DNA from: a virus
Taxonomy: Duplodnaviria; Caudoviricetes
IMG/VR virus record: IMGVR_UViG_3300033755_000085
Span: 1 to 26,361 of that record
DNA: 26,361 nucleotides
Strand: one strand, 5' to 3'
Numbering within the stretch: position 1 is the stretch's first letter; each line of letters starts with the position of its first letter. Shown in pieces: positions 16,581-24,552 of the stretch. A program made the position numbers and the translations under genes. The notes beneath the pieces were generated by a model. That model was not told the DNA's origin and ran no database searches. It saw nothing but the letters and a program-made list of their open reading frames with translations.

Positions 16581-17864
16581 ATGCTCGGCTTCGGCGCACT
16601 CGGCGCGCTGCCGCTCGGCGCCGGCCCGCAGTCGGGCGGCGCTCTCGCCGGCGGCGCGCTGGCGGCGGCGACGCTCGGCGCCGCCGCGACGGCGAAGGCC
16701 ACCGGCGGCGAAGCCTCGACGCTCGCGGCTGCGGCGCTCTCGGCCGCGGCGTCCGCGCCGGCGACGGGCTCGCTCGCCGAGACGCTGGCGGCGGCGACGC
16801 TCGCCGCGGCGGGGACGGCGAAGGCCACCGGCGGCGAAGCCTCGACGCTTCTCCCCGCAACCGACTCGGCCGCAGCGTCCGCGCCGGCGACGGGTTCGCT
16901 CGCCGCGACGCTGGCGGCGGCGACGCTCGCCGCGGCTGCGACCGCGCCGGCGACCGGCGCGCTTTCGGGACCGATGATCTCCGGCTCGGGGCTGCTCGGT
17001 TCGGCGCCGCTCGGCGCGACGGCGCTCGGCGGCTCGCTGCCGCCGGTCGATCCGATCGCCGACGCCACGCTCGCTGCGGCCGGTTCGTCCTTCGTCGCCG
17101 GCGCGCTCGCCGCAACGCTCAACGCAGCGGGGCTCGCCTCGTCAGGCGCGGCGATCGGCAGCGGCGGCGAAGCTGCGGCGCTCGACGGCGGCGCCCTCGC
17201 CGGCGCCGCGGCGGCGATCGCTTCGGCTGAGGCGTCGGCGACGCTCGCCGCTGCGGCGCTGTCGGCCGCCGGCCTCGGCCTCGCGACGGGCGCAGGCGCG
17301 GCGAGCCTCGACGCTGCGGCGCTCGCCGCGTCGGGCGCAGCGCTCGCCGAGGGCGCGCTGGCGCTCGACCTCTCAGCCGGCTCCTCTTCCGCCCCGCTCG
17401 GCGGCTTCGCGCTCGGCGCCGCGCCACTCGGCGGCGGCGGCGCAGCGGGCTCGCAAGTCACGCTCGCCGCGACGGGCTCGGCGCCGCAGAGCCTCGGCGC
17501 GCTCGCCGCGGCGCTCGACGACGCGGGACTCGCCGCGGCCGGCGTGGCGGATGCGAGCGGCGCGCTGGCCGTCGACCTTTCGGCCCGCTCGTCTTCCGCC
17601 CCGCTCGGCGGCTTCGCCCTCGGCGCCGCGCCACTCGGCGGCGGCGGCGCAGCGGGCTCGCAGGTCACGCTCGCCGCGGCCGGGACGGCGCCGCAGAGCC
17701 TCGGCGCGCTCGCCGCCGCGCTCGCCGACGCTTCGCTGTCGGCCGCCGCGTCGAGCGCCCCGGCCGCGTCCGGCGCCGCCGCGATCGAGCTCGGCGACGC
17801 GACCTTCGCCGCGACCTCGCGCCGCCGGCCGAAGTACCGCCCGGCCGCGCTGCTGGCGGCTTAG
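16581..17864 (+). CDS. Ala/Gly/Leu/Ser-rich protein with ~21-aa periodic repeats (427 aa)
   Basis: ATG 3 nt after the previous stop; units such as GSLAETLAAATLAAAGTAKAT; four LG..PLG-type motifs. Confidence 0.8.
   Translation: MLGFGALGALPLGAGPQSGGALAGGALAAATLGAAATAKATGGEASTLAAAALSAAASAPATGSLAETLAAATLAAAGTAKATGGEASTLLPATDSAAASAPATGSLAATLAAATLAAAATAPATGALSGPMISGSGLLGSAPLGATALGGSLPPVDPIADATLAAAGSSFVAGALAATLNAAGLASSGAAIGSGGEAAALDGGALAGAAAAIASAEASATLAAAALSAAGLGLATGAGAASLDAAALAASGAALAEGALALDLSAGSSSAPLGGFALGAAPLGGGGAAGSQVTLAATGSAPQSLGALAAALDDAGLAAAGVADASGALAVDLSARSSSAPLGGFALGAAPLGGGGAAGSQVTLAAAGTAPQSLGALAAALADASLSAAASSAPAASGAAAIELGDATFAATSRRRPKYRPAALLAA
16658..16935 (+). repeat. Internal tandem duplication, 126-bp period
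   Basis: GAAGCCTCGACGCT at 16710 and 16836 within longer near-identical blocks; boundaries approximate. Confidence 0.85.
17352..17730 (+). repeat. Internal direct duplication, 207-bp offset
   Basis: TCTTCCGCCCCGCTCGGCGGCTTCGC at 17385 and 17592; boundaries approximate. Confidence 0.85.
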
Positions 17865-17865
17865 G

Positions 17866-17941
17866 GGCGAATGGCGAATGGCGAATGGCGAATGGGGCGC
17901 GGGCGCGCGGCGGGCTGGCCGACTGCCGACTGCCTATTGCC
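17866..17941. repeat. Heptamer tandem repeats: (GGCGAAT)x4 and GACTGCC-GACTGCC-TATTGCC, loosely inverted to each other
   Basis: Copies at 17866, 17873, 17880, 17887 and at 17921, 17928, 17935. Confidence 0.85.
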
Positions 17942-17944
17942 CTT

Positions 17945-17990
17945 GGTGAAGTTCTTCACCCTCGCCGATCGGAGGGCGGCGCGGCCAAGT
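17945..17990 (+). promoter_or_regulatory. Putative late promoter of the sheath operon
   Basis: GGTGAA-gttc-TTCACC (17945-17960), 20-nt spacer, GCGGCCAAGT; matches 5212-5258. Confidence 0.7.
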
Positions 17991-18045
17991 TCGTCCCGTT
18001 TCGAAAGGCCGTCAAGCGGCCTTTGAACTCCTTTCGCGAGGCGCC

Positions 18046-19287
18046 ATGAGCACCACCACCTTCCTGCACGGCGTCGAAGTCGACGAAGTCGAGTCGGCAA
18101 CCCAACCGATTTCGTTCAACCCGTCGGGCGTCGTCGGTCTGATCGGCACGGCGGCGTCGGCCGACGAGGCCTCGTTTCCGCTCAACGAGCCGGTGCTGCT
18201 CAACTCGCAGCCGACCCTGGCGCTGAAGCTCGGCGCGGACGGCACGCTGCTCTCCGCCGTGCAGCAGATCTACGCCGAGGGCGCGGGCCAGGTGGTGGTG
18301 GTGCGGGTCGCCGACGACGACGATCCCGACAACGTGATGAGCAACGTCATCGGCTCGCAGGCGGCCAAGACCGGGCTCTATGCGCTGCTCGGGGCGCGCG
18401 CGCTGGTCGGCGTGCCGCCGCGCACCATCATCGCGCCGGGCTACACCTCGATCCTGCCGACCGCGACGGGAGGCGGCCCGCTCGCCAACCCGGTCGTCAC
18501 CGCGGCGCTGCCGGTGGCGACGCGGTTGCGCGGGCGCGTCTATTTCGACGCGCCGGCGACCGGCGACGACGACGCGCTCGCCGCCGCCGAGCTCTACACC
18601 TCCGATCGCGCGGTGATCTTCTATCCGCAGGTGATGGTGTGGGACACGGCCACGTCGGCCTATGTTCCGTTGCCGGCGTCGGCTTCGATGGCGGGCCTGA
18701 CCGCCTACGTCCACGAGAACCTCGGCTTCTGGTTTTCGCCCTCCAACCAGCCGTTGCAGGGCGTCGGGGGCGTGTCGACGCCGATCGACTGGGCGATGAG
18801 CGATCCCGACTGCGAAGCCAACACGCTCAACGCCGCCAACATCACCACGATCATCAACGCCGCGCAGCAGGCGGGATTGCAGTACGGCGGCTTCCGCCGG
18901 TGGGGCAACCGCAACCTCTCGTCCGACGCCAACTGGCGCTTCGAGGCGGTGCGCACCGCGCTCGACATGGTCTACGAGGCGCTCGACGAGGTGACCCTGT
19001 GGGCGGTCGACAAGCCGCCGGGGCTGCAGCTCTTGCAGGACATGACCAACCGCGCCAACGACTTCTTCAAGTGGGGCAAGACGGTCGGCTTCCTGGTCGG
19101 CGGCAGGTGCTGGCTCGACCCGGAGCTCAACCCGTCGTCGCAGACCTCGCAGGGCGTGTGGAACTGGTCGATCGATCCGGAAGCGCCGGCGCCGATGGAG
19201 CACATCATCTACACCGCGAGCCGAAACGCCTCCTACTACGACCAGGAGGTCGCCGCGCTCGCCAACATGATCTCCTCGAACGGCTGA
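18046..19287 (+). CDS. FI: Contractile tail sheath protein (P2 FI-like)
   Basis: FLHGVEV, VVGLIGTA, FPLNEPVL, KTGLYALL, PR.IIAPG, GFWFSPSN, GFRRWGNR; SD GAGG. Confidence 0.96.
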   Translation: MSTTTFLHGVEVDEVESATQPISFNPSGVVGLIGTAASADEASFPLNEPVLLNSQPTLALKLGADGTLLSAVQQIYAEGAGQVVVVRVADDDDPDNVMSNVIGSQAAKTGLYALLGARALVGVPPRTIIAPGYTSILPTATGGGPLANPVVTAALPVATRLRGRVYFDAPATGDDDALAAAELYTSDRAVIFYPQVMVWDTATSAYVPLPASASMAGLTAYVHENLGFWFSPSNQPLQGVGGVSTPIDWAMSDPDCEANTLNAANITTIINAAQQAGLQYGGFRRWGNRNLSSDANWRFEAVRTALDMVYEALDEVTLWAVDKPPGLQLLQDMTNRANDFFKWGKTVGFLVGGRCWLDPELNPSSQTSQGVWNWSIDPEAPAPMEHIIYTASRNASYYDQEVAALANMISSNG

Positions 19288-19297
19288 GGGCCCTTCC

Positions 19298-19813
19298 ATG
19301 GCGCAAGCGCAGCTCGACTACATCCTCCAGTCGTTTTCGCTCAACATCGACGGCTTCGGCATGGCCGGCTCGGGCGAGAAGCTCACCCTGCCGAAGATCA
19401 AGAAGCACATGGAGAAGTACCGCGGCGGCGGCATGGTCGCGCCGCGCCAGCACGCGCTCGGCTACGACGAATTCGAGTTCGAATTCGAGCTGTCGGCGAT
19501 CAACCCCCAGGTGATTTCTCAGAGCGGGTTCCTCATCAAGAAGGGCGTCGCGTTCTCGGTGCGCGCCTTCCTCGACGGCGACCAGAATTCGACCCACTCG
19601 CTCTACATGTACATGCGCGGCGAAGTGATGGAGAACGACTTCGGCGCCTGGGAGGCGGGCAAGAAGGCGACGATGAAGGGCAAGGCCGCGCTCGACGCCT
19701 TGAACCTCACCGTCGACGGCGCGTCGATCTTCGACATCGACATCGAGAACGGCGTCAACACCTGGAACGGCACCGACGTCGCGGCGATGATCATCGACGC
19801 GATCGGGTCGTAA
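19298..19813 (+). CDS. FII: Major tail tube protein (P2 FII-like)
   Basis: LTLPKI....EKYRGGGM, DFG.WEAG.K, IDIEN, G.D; follows the sheath. Confidence 0.93.
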   Translation: MAQAQLDYILQSFSLNIDGFGMAGSGEKLTLPKIKKHMEKYRGGGMVAPRQHALGYDEFEFEFELSAINPQVISQSGFLIKKGVAFSVRAFLDGDQNSTHSLYMYMRGEVMENDFGAWEAGKKATMKGKAALDALNLTVDGASIFDIDIENGVNTWNGTDVAAMIIDAIGS

Positions 19814-19841
19814 AAGCGGCTTTCAAACAGGGGTTCGCGGC

Positions 19842-20132
19842 ATGGCCGAAGACAGGAAAGACGAGCTCGTCGACGCGTCGAAGGGCTGGGGGCTGGAGGA
19901 TTTCGAGCTCAAGCATCCGTTCAAGTTCGCCGGCGTGGAGTTCCGCAAGTTCGCGTTCCGGGTGCCGACCGGGGCGGACATCGAGGCCTACATCCGTTCG
20001 CCCGACCGCGGCTTCCGCGCGCTGGCGCTGAAGCTTGTCGACGCCGACGCCAAGGCGCTCGACGCGATGCACGGGGCCGACTATTCGCGGCTGATGGCCG
20101 AGCTGGGGAAATTTGTCGCCGGTGTCCGCTAG
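19842..20132 (+). CDS. Tail assembly chaperone (P2 gpE / Mu gp41-like)
   Basis: L.HP....G......RVPTGADI and LDAM...DY motifs; lies between tube and tape measure. Confidence 0.85.
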   Translation: MAEDRKDELVDASKGWGLEDFELKHPFKFAGVEFRKFAFRVPTGADIEAYIRSPDRGFRALALKLVDADAKALDAMHGADYSRLMAELGKFVAGVR

Positions 20133-20269
20133 ACCTCGACGAGGTCCTCGACGACATCGGCCTGGCGTTCCCCTACAGCCGTGAATGGGTCCTGGCGCAA
20201 CCGATGCCGACGATCCTGAGGCTCGCGACGCGCGCAGCGATCCACCTTGACCGGCTCTACGGGCGCTGA
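20111..20269 (+). CDS. P2 gpE'-like extension in the -1 frame (not in the ORF track; probably reached by frameshift)
   Basis: -1 frame reads ...PLDLDEVLDDIGLAFPYSREWVLAQPMPTILRLATRAAIHLDRLYGR*, resembling the GpE motif; stops 2 nt before the tape measure ATG; no ATG/GTG at its start. Confidence 0.7.
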   Translation: MCRRCPLDLDEVLDDIGLAFPYSREWVLAQPMPTILRLATRAAIHLDRLYGR

Positions 20270-20271
20270 CC

Positions 20272-22422
20272 ATGGCCAACATGACGCTCGAAGTCATCCT
20301 GGAGCTGGTCGACCGGCTGACGGGACCGGCGCGGGACGCGGTCAAGGGCCTCGAACAGTTCGGCGCGGCGGCGCGGCAGGCGGGAAGCGCCGACGCCGCG
20401 TTGCGCCCCGACAAGTGGGTCGAGGAAGGCCGCGCCATCATGGCGGCGGCGGAACAGGCAAAGGCCTTCGAAACCTCTGCGTTCAACGCCGCCGAAGCCG
20501 AGAAGAAAGTTAGCGGCGCGCCGTGGCTGGCGATGACCGAGGACATCGACAAGGCGACCGCCGCCGTCAGAGGCTTTACCGAGCAGATCGACGCGCTGGC
20601 TGCGAAGAAGCTGCCGCGGCCGGGCGGCGGCGTGGGAGGCGCGCCCGGCGGCAAGGGCGAGCCGTCGGGCTGGTGGGGCGCGCTCGAAAACGTGTTTGGG
20701 ATGAGCGCCCTGTTCGAAGGCCCCAAGGCGATCGAGACGCTCGTCGGCGGCGGCGCGCATCTCGCCGACGAGATGGTCGCGCAGAAGATCGCCGGCATGA
20801 CCCCGCAGCAGATGAAAGAGGCGCGGGACCTGGCGATCGACCTGGAAGCACAATTCCCGCAGTTCCCGTTGACGGGCATTCTCGAAGAAGCGCGCAAGGC
20901 GCGGGCTGTCTTCAACAGCGACGAGGAAGCCCACGCGGCGCTCTCGGACTATCTGCGGATGGCGGCGCTCATCGACCGCGACCATCCCGGCGAAGGGATG
21001 CTGGCCGCCTATCCATACATGCGGGCGGTCGAGGAGGCCGGCGCCAACAACACGCCCGGCAAGGCGCACGAAATGTTCGAGGCGTTTCAGCGCGCCCAAA
21101 ACGTGTTCGGCGCCAACATCACGGCCGACGACTACCAGCAGGTCTTCCAACGCGGCGGCGCCTTCGCGCGCCAATGGAACATAGCATTCATCCGCGATAA
21201 ACTCCCCCACCTCCTGACGGCGCTCCGCGGCGACGCAACCGGCACGATGGTCGCGACCCTGGGCATGGCGATCGAGGGCGGTCACGTCATGGGGCCGGCC
21301 CTGCGCGCCTTCGACGATCTCCACCTGCTCGACGAAAAGAAGGTCCATCGCAAGAGCAACGGCGACATCAAGTCGATCGACCCCGGCGCGATCAAGGGGG
21401 TGGACATCCTGCGCGGGGACCCGGTGGACTGGGTGAACCAGGTCCTTTGGCCGGCGATTGAAAAGGCGACGTCGGACCCAGCGGAGAGGGACGCGTTGCT
21501 GGCGACCGCGCTGTCCAATCGCAACGATCTCAAAGCCGGATATATGGCCGTCCACGACGAGGCGGCTTTTGAGCGCGACAAAAACCTGGTCGAAGACCCG
21601 CGCAACATGGGGCTCGCTGCCGCGGACCTGCTCAAAACCGATCCGCTGGCACAATGGCAGGCACTGAAGTCGTCGATCGAGACGCTCGCCGGCGTCGCCT
21701 CCGAACCGGCGATGAAGCCGCTCGCCGCGGGGCTCGACATGTTGGCCGGCAGCATTTCGGGGTTGAGCCGCGTCGCGGCGCAGCATCCCACCGAGAGCGC
21801 GTTCGCCTCGGGTGGCGCGATCGCCGCGATCGCCTACTGGCTCGGCAAGGGACTGTTCGGCGTCGGGCAGACGATCGGCCGTCTCGCGGGCGGCGGCGTC
21901 GCCAGCGGGGGCGCGGGCGCAGCGGACGCCGCTGCGGCAGGCGCCGGCGACGTCGCCGGGGATGGTCTGCGGGGCCTGCTGACCCGGCTCGCGACTTCGC
22001 CGTGGCTCGCGCCGGCGCTGATGAATATCGAAGACGCCGCGGCCAGGGACGCCCTGGTCAAGCGCGCGCACGAAATGGACGCGGGAAAAGGGCTGTCCGA
22101 GAAGCCGGCCGACGTCATCGCCGATCTGAAGCGGGAGCCGGACGCAGCGAAAGCAAGTCGCCCCGGCGCCGGGGGTGCCATGGGCATCGACGCCAGCGAG
22201 ATCGAGGAGACCTCGCGGAAGGCGAAGCAGGCGCACCAGGATCTTCACGCGCTCGGCGCGGCGACCGTCGCACCGAAGGTCGATTCCTCGGCGCTCGATG
22301 CGCTGGCGGCGAAGGTGCGCGCGATCCTGGCGGACATCGGCGCGATCAACGGAGGCCTGTCGACCGCTTCGCACCGCGCCAGCTTCGCCGGCGCCCTCCA
22401 CGACGGGCCGGAGGCGCGCTGA
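20272..22422 (+). CDS. Tail tape measure protein (716 aa)
   Basis: N-terminal LEVILELVDRLTGPAR; long helical Ala/Gly-rich body; canonical position. Confidence 0.9.
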   Translation: MANMTLEVILELVDRLTGPARDAVKGLEQFGAAARQAGSADAALRPDKWVEEGRAIMAAAEQAKAFETSAFNAAEAEKKVSGAPWLAMTEDIDKATAAVRGFTEQIDALAAKKLPRPGGGVGGAPGGKGEPSGWWGALENVFGMSALFEGPKAIETLVGGGAHLADEMVAQKIAGMTPQQMKEARDLAIDLEAQFPQFPLTGILEEARKARAVFNSDEEAHAALSDYLRMAALIDRDHPGEGMLAAYPYMRAVEEAGANNTPGKAHEMFEAFQRAQNVFGANITADDYQQVFQRGGAFARQWNIAFIRDKLPHLLTALRGDATGTMVATLGMAIEGGHVMGPALRAFDDLHLLDEKKVHRKSNGDIKSIDPGAIKGVDILRGDPVDWVNQVLWPAIEKATSDPAERDALLATALSNRNDLKAGYMAVHDEAAFERDKNLVEDPRNMGLAAADLLKTDPLAQWQALKSSIETLAGVASEPAMKPLAAGLDMLAGSISGLSRVAAQHPTESAFASGGAIAAIAYWLGKGLFGVGQTIGRLAGGGVASGGAGAADAAAAGAGDVAGDGLRGLLTRLATSPWLAPALMNIEDAAARDALVKRAHEMDAGKGLSEKPADVIADLKREPDAAKASRPGAGGAMGIDASEIEETSRKAKQAHQDLHALGAATVAPKVDSSALDALAAKVRAILADIGAINGGLSTASHRASFAGALHDGPEAR

Positions 22423-22835
22423 TGCTGATGGGCTGGGGCGGCTACGTCTTCGAAATGGGCGACATGGCGTTCGACAAACTGTCGCGCCAGACCAAGGCGC
22501 AGTGGGCCGAGCACAAGATCATCGGCCGCCGGCCGGCCGGGCAATATCTCGGCCCCGACAAGCGGACGCTGACCATCCACGGCGTGACCTTTCCCAACGA
22601 CGACGGCGGCGGCGCGGCGGCGCAGGTGTTGGCGCTCGAGGCGGCGTGCGAGGCGGGCGAGGTCTATTGCCTGGTGACCGGCTCAGGCTCGGTGTCCGGG
22701 CCGTTCCGGCTGGAGACGATCGAGCCGGAGGAGAGCTTTCACGACGCCAGCGGCAATCCGCAGCGCGTCGAATACAGCCTGACCTTCGCCGCCCACGACG
22801 ACGGCAACGGCCAGGTGTGGAGCATCTGGCCATGA
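22422..22835 (+). CDS. gpU: Tail protein gpU-like
   Basis: MLMGWGGYVF, W.EH.IIGRRPA.QYLGP, L..G.G...G.F, G.PQRVEYSL; TGATG coupling. Confidence 0.92.
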   Translation: MLMGWGGYVFEMGDMAFDKLSRQTKAQWAEHKIIGRRPAGQYLGPDKRTLTIHGVTFPNDDGGGAAAQVLALEAACEAGEVYCLVTGSGSVSGPFRLETIEPEESFHDASGNPQRVEYSLTFAAHDDGNGQVWSIWP

Positions 22836-23047
22836 GCGCAACCTACGTCACCGCCCAGGGCGACATGGTCGACGCCCTCGCCTGGCTCAACTACGGCTAC
22901 GTGGCCGGCGCGGCCGAGGCGATCCTCGCCGCCAATCCGGGGCTCGCCTCGCAGCCGCCGGTTCTGCCGGAGAACCTGACGATCACGCTGCCCAGCGCCG
23001 GCGCCGTCGTTCCGCCGCCCAAGCAGACGATCAACCTCTGGGACTGA
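22832..23047 (+). CDS. gpX: Tail protein gpX-like (LysM-like)
   Basis: YVT.QGDMVD.LAW..YG, ILAANPGLA, I.LP, INLWD. Confidence 0.93.
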   Translation: MSATYVTAQGDMVDALAWLNYGYVAGAAEAILAANPGLASQPPVLPENLTITLPSAGAVVPPPKQTINLWD

Positions 23048-23048
23048 C

Positions 23049-24038
23049 ATGGCGACGCCGGTTCTCGCGATCTCGATCGGCGGCAAGGACGTCTCCTCGA
23101 CGGTCAATCCGCGCGTGCTCAAGGGCCGCGTGACGCGCCACGACGGCGAGAAGGCCGACGAGATGGAGCTCACCCTGTCGAACTACGACGGGATGCTCGC
23201 CAAGCCGCAGCGCGGCGCGACGCTGACGATCGCGCTGGGCTTCGTCGAGTTCGGCGGCGCGGTCGACCGCGGGGCTTACATCGTCCAGGACGTGACCAAG
23301 AGCGGCGGCCCGGCCGTGTTCCACGTCACCGGCCAGTCGGCCGACCTGAAAAAGACCTTGAAGACGCAGAAGACGCGCTCGTGGACGGCGCCGAAGACGC
23401 TCGGCGACGTGCTCAACCAGATCGCCAGCGACAACGGCCTGGCGGCGGCGGTCGACGCGGGCCTGGCGGCGATCGCGATCGACCAGATCGTCGCCCAGAC
23501 CGGCGAGAGCGACATGCACCTGGTTATGCGCCTGGCGCGGCGCTTCGACGCGGTGGGGAAGTTCGCGCAGGGGATCCTCGCCTTCGTGCCGAAGGGGGCG
23601 GGAACGACGGCGAGCGGGGCCGGCATCGCCGCGGTGACGATCACGCCGAACGACTGCGAGACGTTCTCGATCCACGACAGCGACCGCGCGGTGCGCGGCA
23701 AGAGCCACGGCCGGGTGTGGAACCGGGCGACCGCGACGTCGACCGACGTCACCGGGGACGCCGGCGACGTCGGCCCCGACTACGGCTATCCCGAAACCTT
23801 CGGTTCGACGACCGAGGCGACCAAGGCGACCGCCGGCCGCGCCAAGGCGTTCGCGCGGGGGAAAAAGACCCTCTCGGCGACGCTGCGGCCGCCCGTCGCG
23901 GTCCCGGTTCCCGGCGGCGTGGTGACGACGGAGGGCTTCGGCGACGACGACGACACGGATTTCATCGTCAAGACGGTCGAGGACGAGTTCGACGACAAGG
24001 GACTGACGACCAAGATCGAGGGGGAGCTGAAGGTATGA
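23049..24038 (+). CDS. gpD: Baseplate hub / late control protein gpD-like
   Basis: G.KADE.EL.L, LGF, G.Y.V, K..KTRSW, QTGESD.HL..RLA, G.TASG. Confidence 0.93.
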   Translation: MATPVLAISIGGKDVSSTVNPRVLKGRVTRHDGEKADEMELTLSNYDGMLAKPQRGATLTIALGFVEFGGAVDRGAYIVQDVTKSGGPAVFHVTGQSADLKKTLKTQKTRSWTAPKTLGDVLNQIASDNGLAAAVDAGLAAIAIDQIVAQTGESDMHLVMRLARRFDAVGKFAQGILAFVPKGAGTTASGAGIAAVTITPNDCETFSIHDSDRAVRGKSHGRVWNRATATSTDVTGDAGDVGPDYGYPETFGSTTEATKATAGRAKAFARGKKTLSATLRPPVAVPVPGGVVTTEGFGDDDDTDFIVKTVEDEFDDKGLTTKIEGELKV

Positions 24039-24286
24039 CCGGACGTCAATTCGTCGGTGAGCCCGTTCGGATGGGGCGCGGCACTGCGCGGCTCGCGGGC
24101 AAACGCGGCGAGCGGATCGAGCTCGCCGTCTTCGCGTCGGACGGCTGCCTCGAACTCCTTCGCGGAAAGATCGTTGAGCTGTCGACCCAGGGGAGAGCGA
24201 TCGTCCGGCTCGATTGTCTTTCCGGCCGCGCGCGCATGCCGTTGGAATGCCTCGCGGCCGTCAGAGGGGAGGAGCTGAAGGCATGA
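24035..24286 (+). CDS. Small hypothetical protein (83 aa), possible KOW/SH3-like fold
   Basis: ATGA overlaps at both ends; SD GGGGAG upstream; GERI...DG....RGKIVEL...GRAIVRLD.LSGR pattern. Confidence 0.6.
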   Translation: MTGRQFVGEPVRMGRGTARLAGKRGERIELAVFASDGCLELLRGKIVELSTQGRAIVRLDCLSGRARMPLECLAAVRGEELKA

Positions 24287-24552
24287 AGGCGGGGCGCATC
24301 CCCTGCTGCGTGCCGTTCTGCGGCCGGACGTTCAAGGCGGAGGGCGGCGACGTCGAGCTGATGTGCGGCAAGCACTGGCGGCTCGCCCGGCCGGCGCTGC
24401 GGCGTCGCCACACGCGCGTCGTGAGACGCTGCCGCGCGGCCATCCTGAAGAAGGACTGGCGCACGGCCGAACGCGCCTGGCGGCTCGAAAATGCAATCTG
24501 GGCGGCGATCAAGCGGCAGGCGACCGAAGTCGCGGCCGGCATCGCCGGTTGA
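24283..24552 (+). CDS. Basic zinc-finger-like protein (89 aa; C-x4-C-x14-C-x2-H)
   Basis: SD GGAGGAG, ATG 24283 overlapping the previous stop; CCVPFC...CGKHW followed by an Arg-rich helix. Confidence 0.75.
   Translation: MKAGRIPCCVPFCGRTFKAEGGDVELMCGKHWRLARPALRRRHTRVVRRCRAAILKKDWRTAERAWRLENAIWAAIKRQATEVAAGIAG

Noticed and set aside
12530-17864. Mu G-segment-like invertible fibre cassette
   Set aside because: All genes are on one strand; no invertase and no flanking inverted repeats were seen
17866-17941. CRISPR array
   Set aside because: 7-bp tandem units with no spacers; no cas genes
24056-24071. Third copy of the late-promoter dyad (GGTGAG-cccg-TTCGGA) as a Pmom equivalent
   Set aside because: The right arm matches only 3 of 6 bases and there is no GCGGCCAA box at the 20-nt spacing
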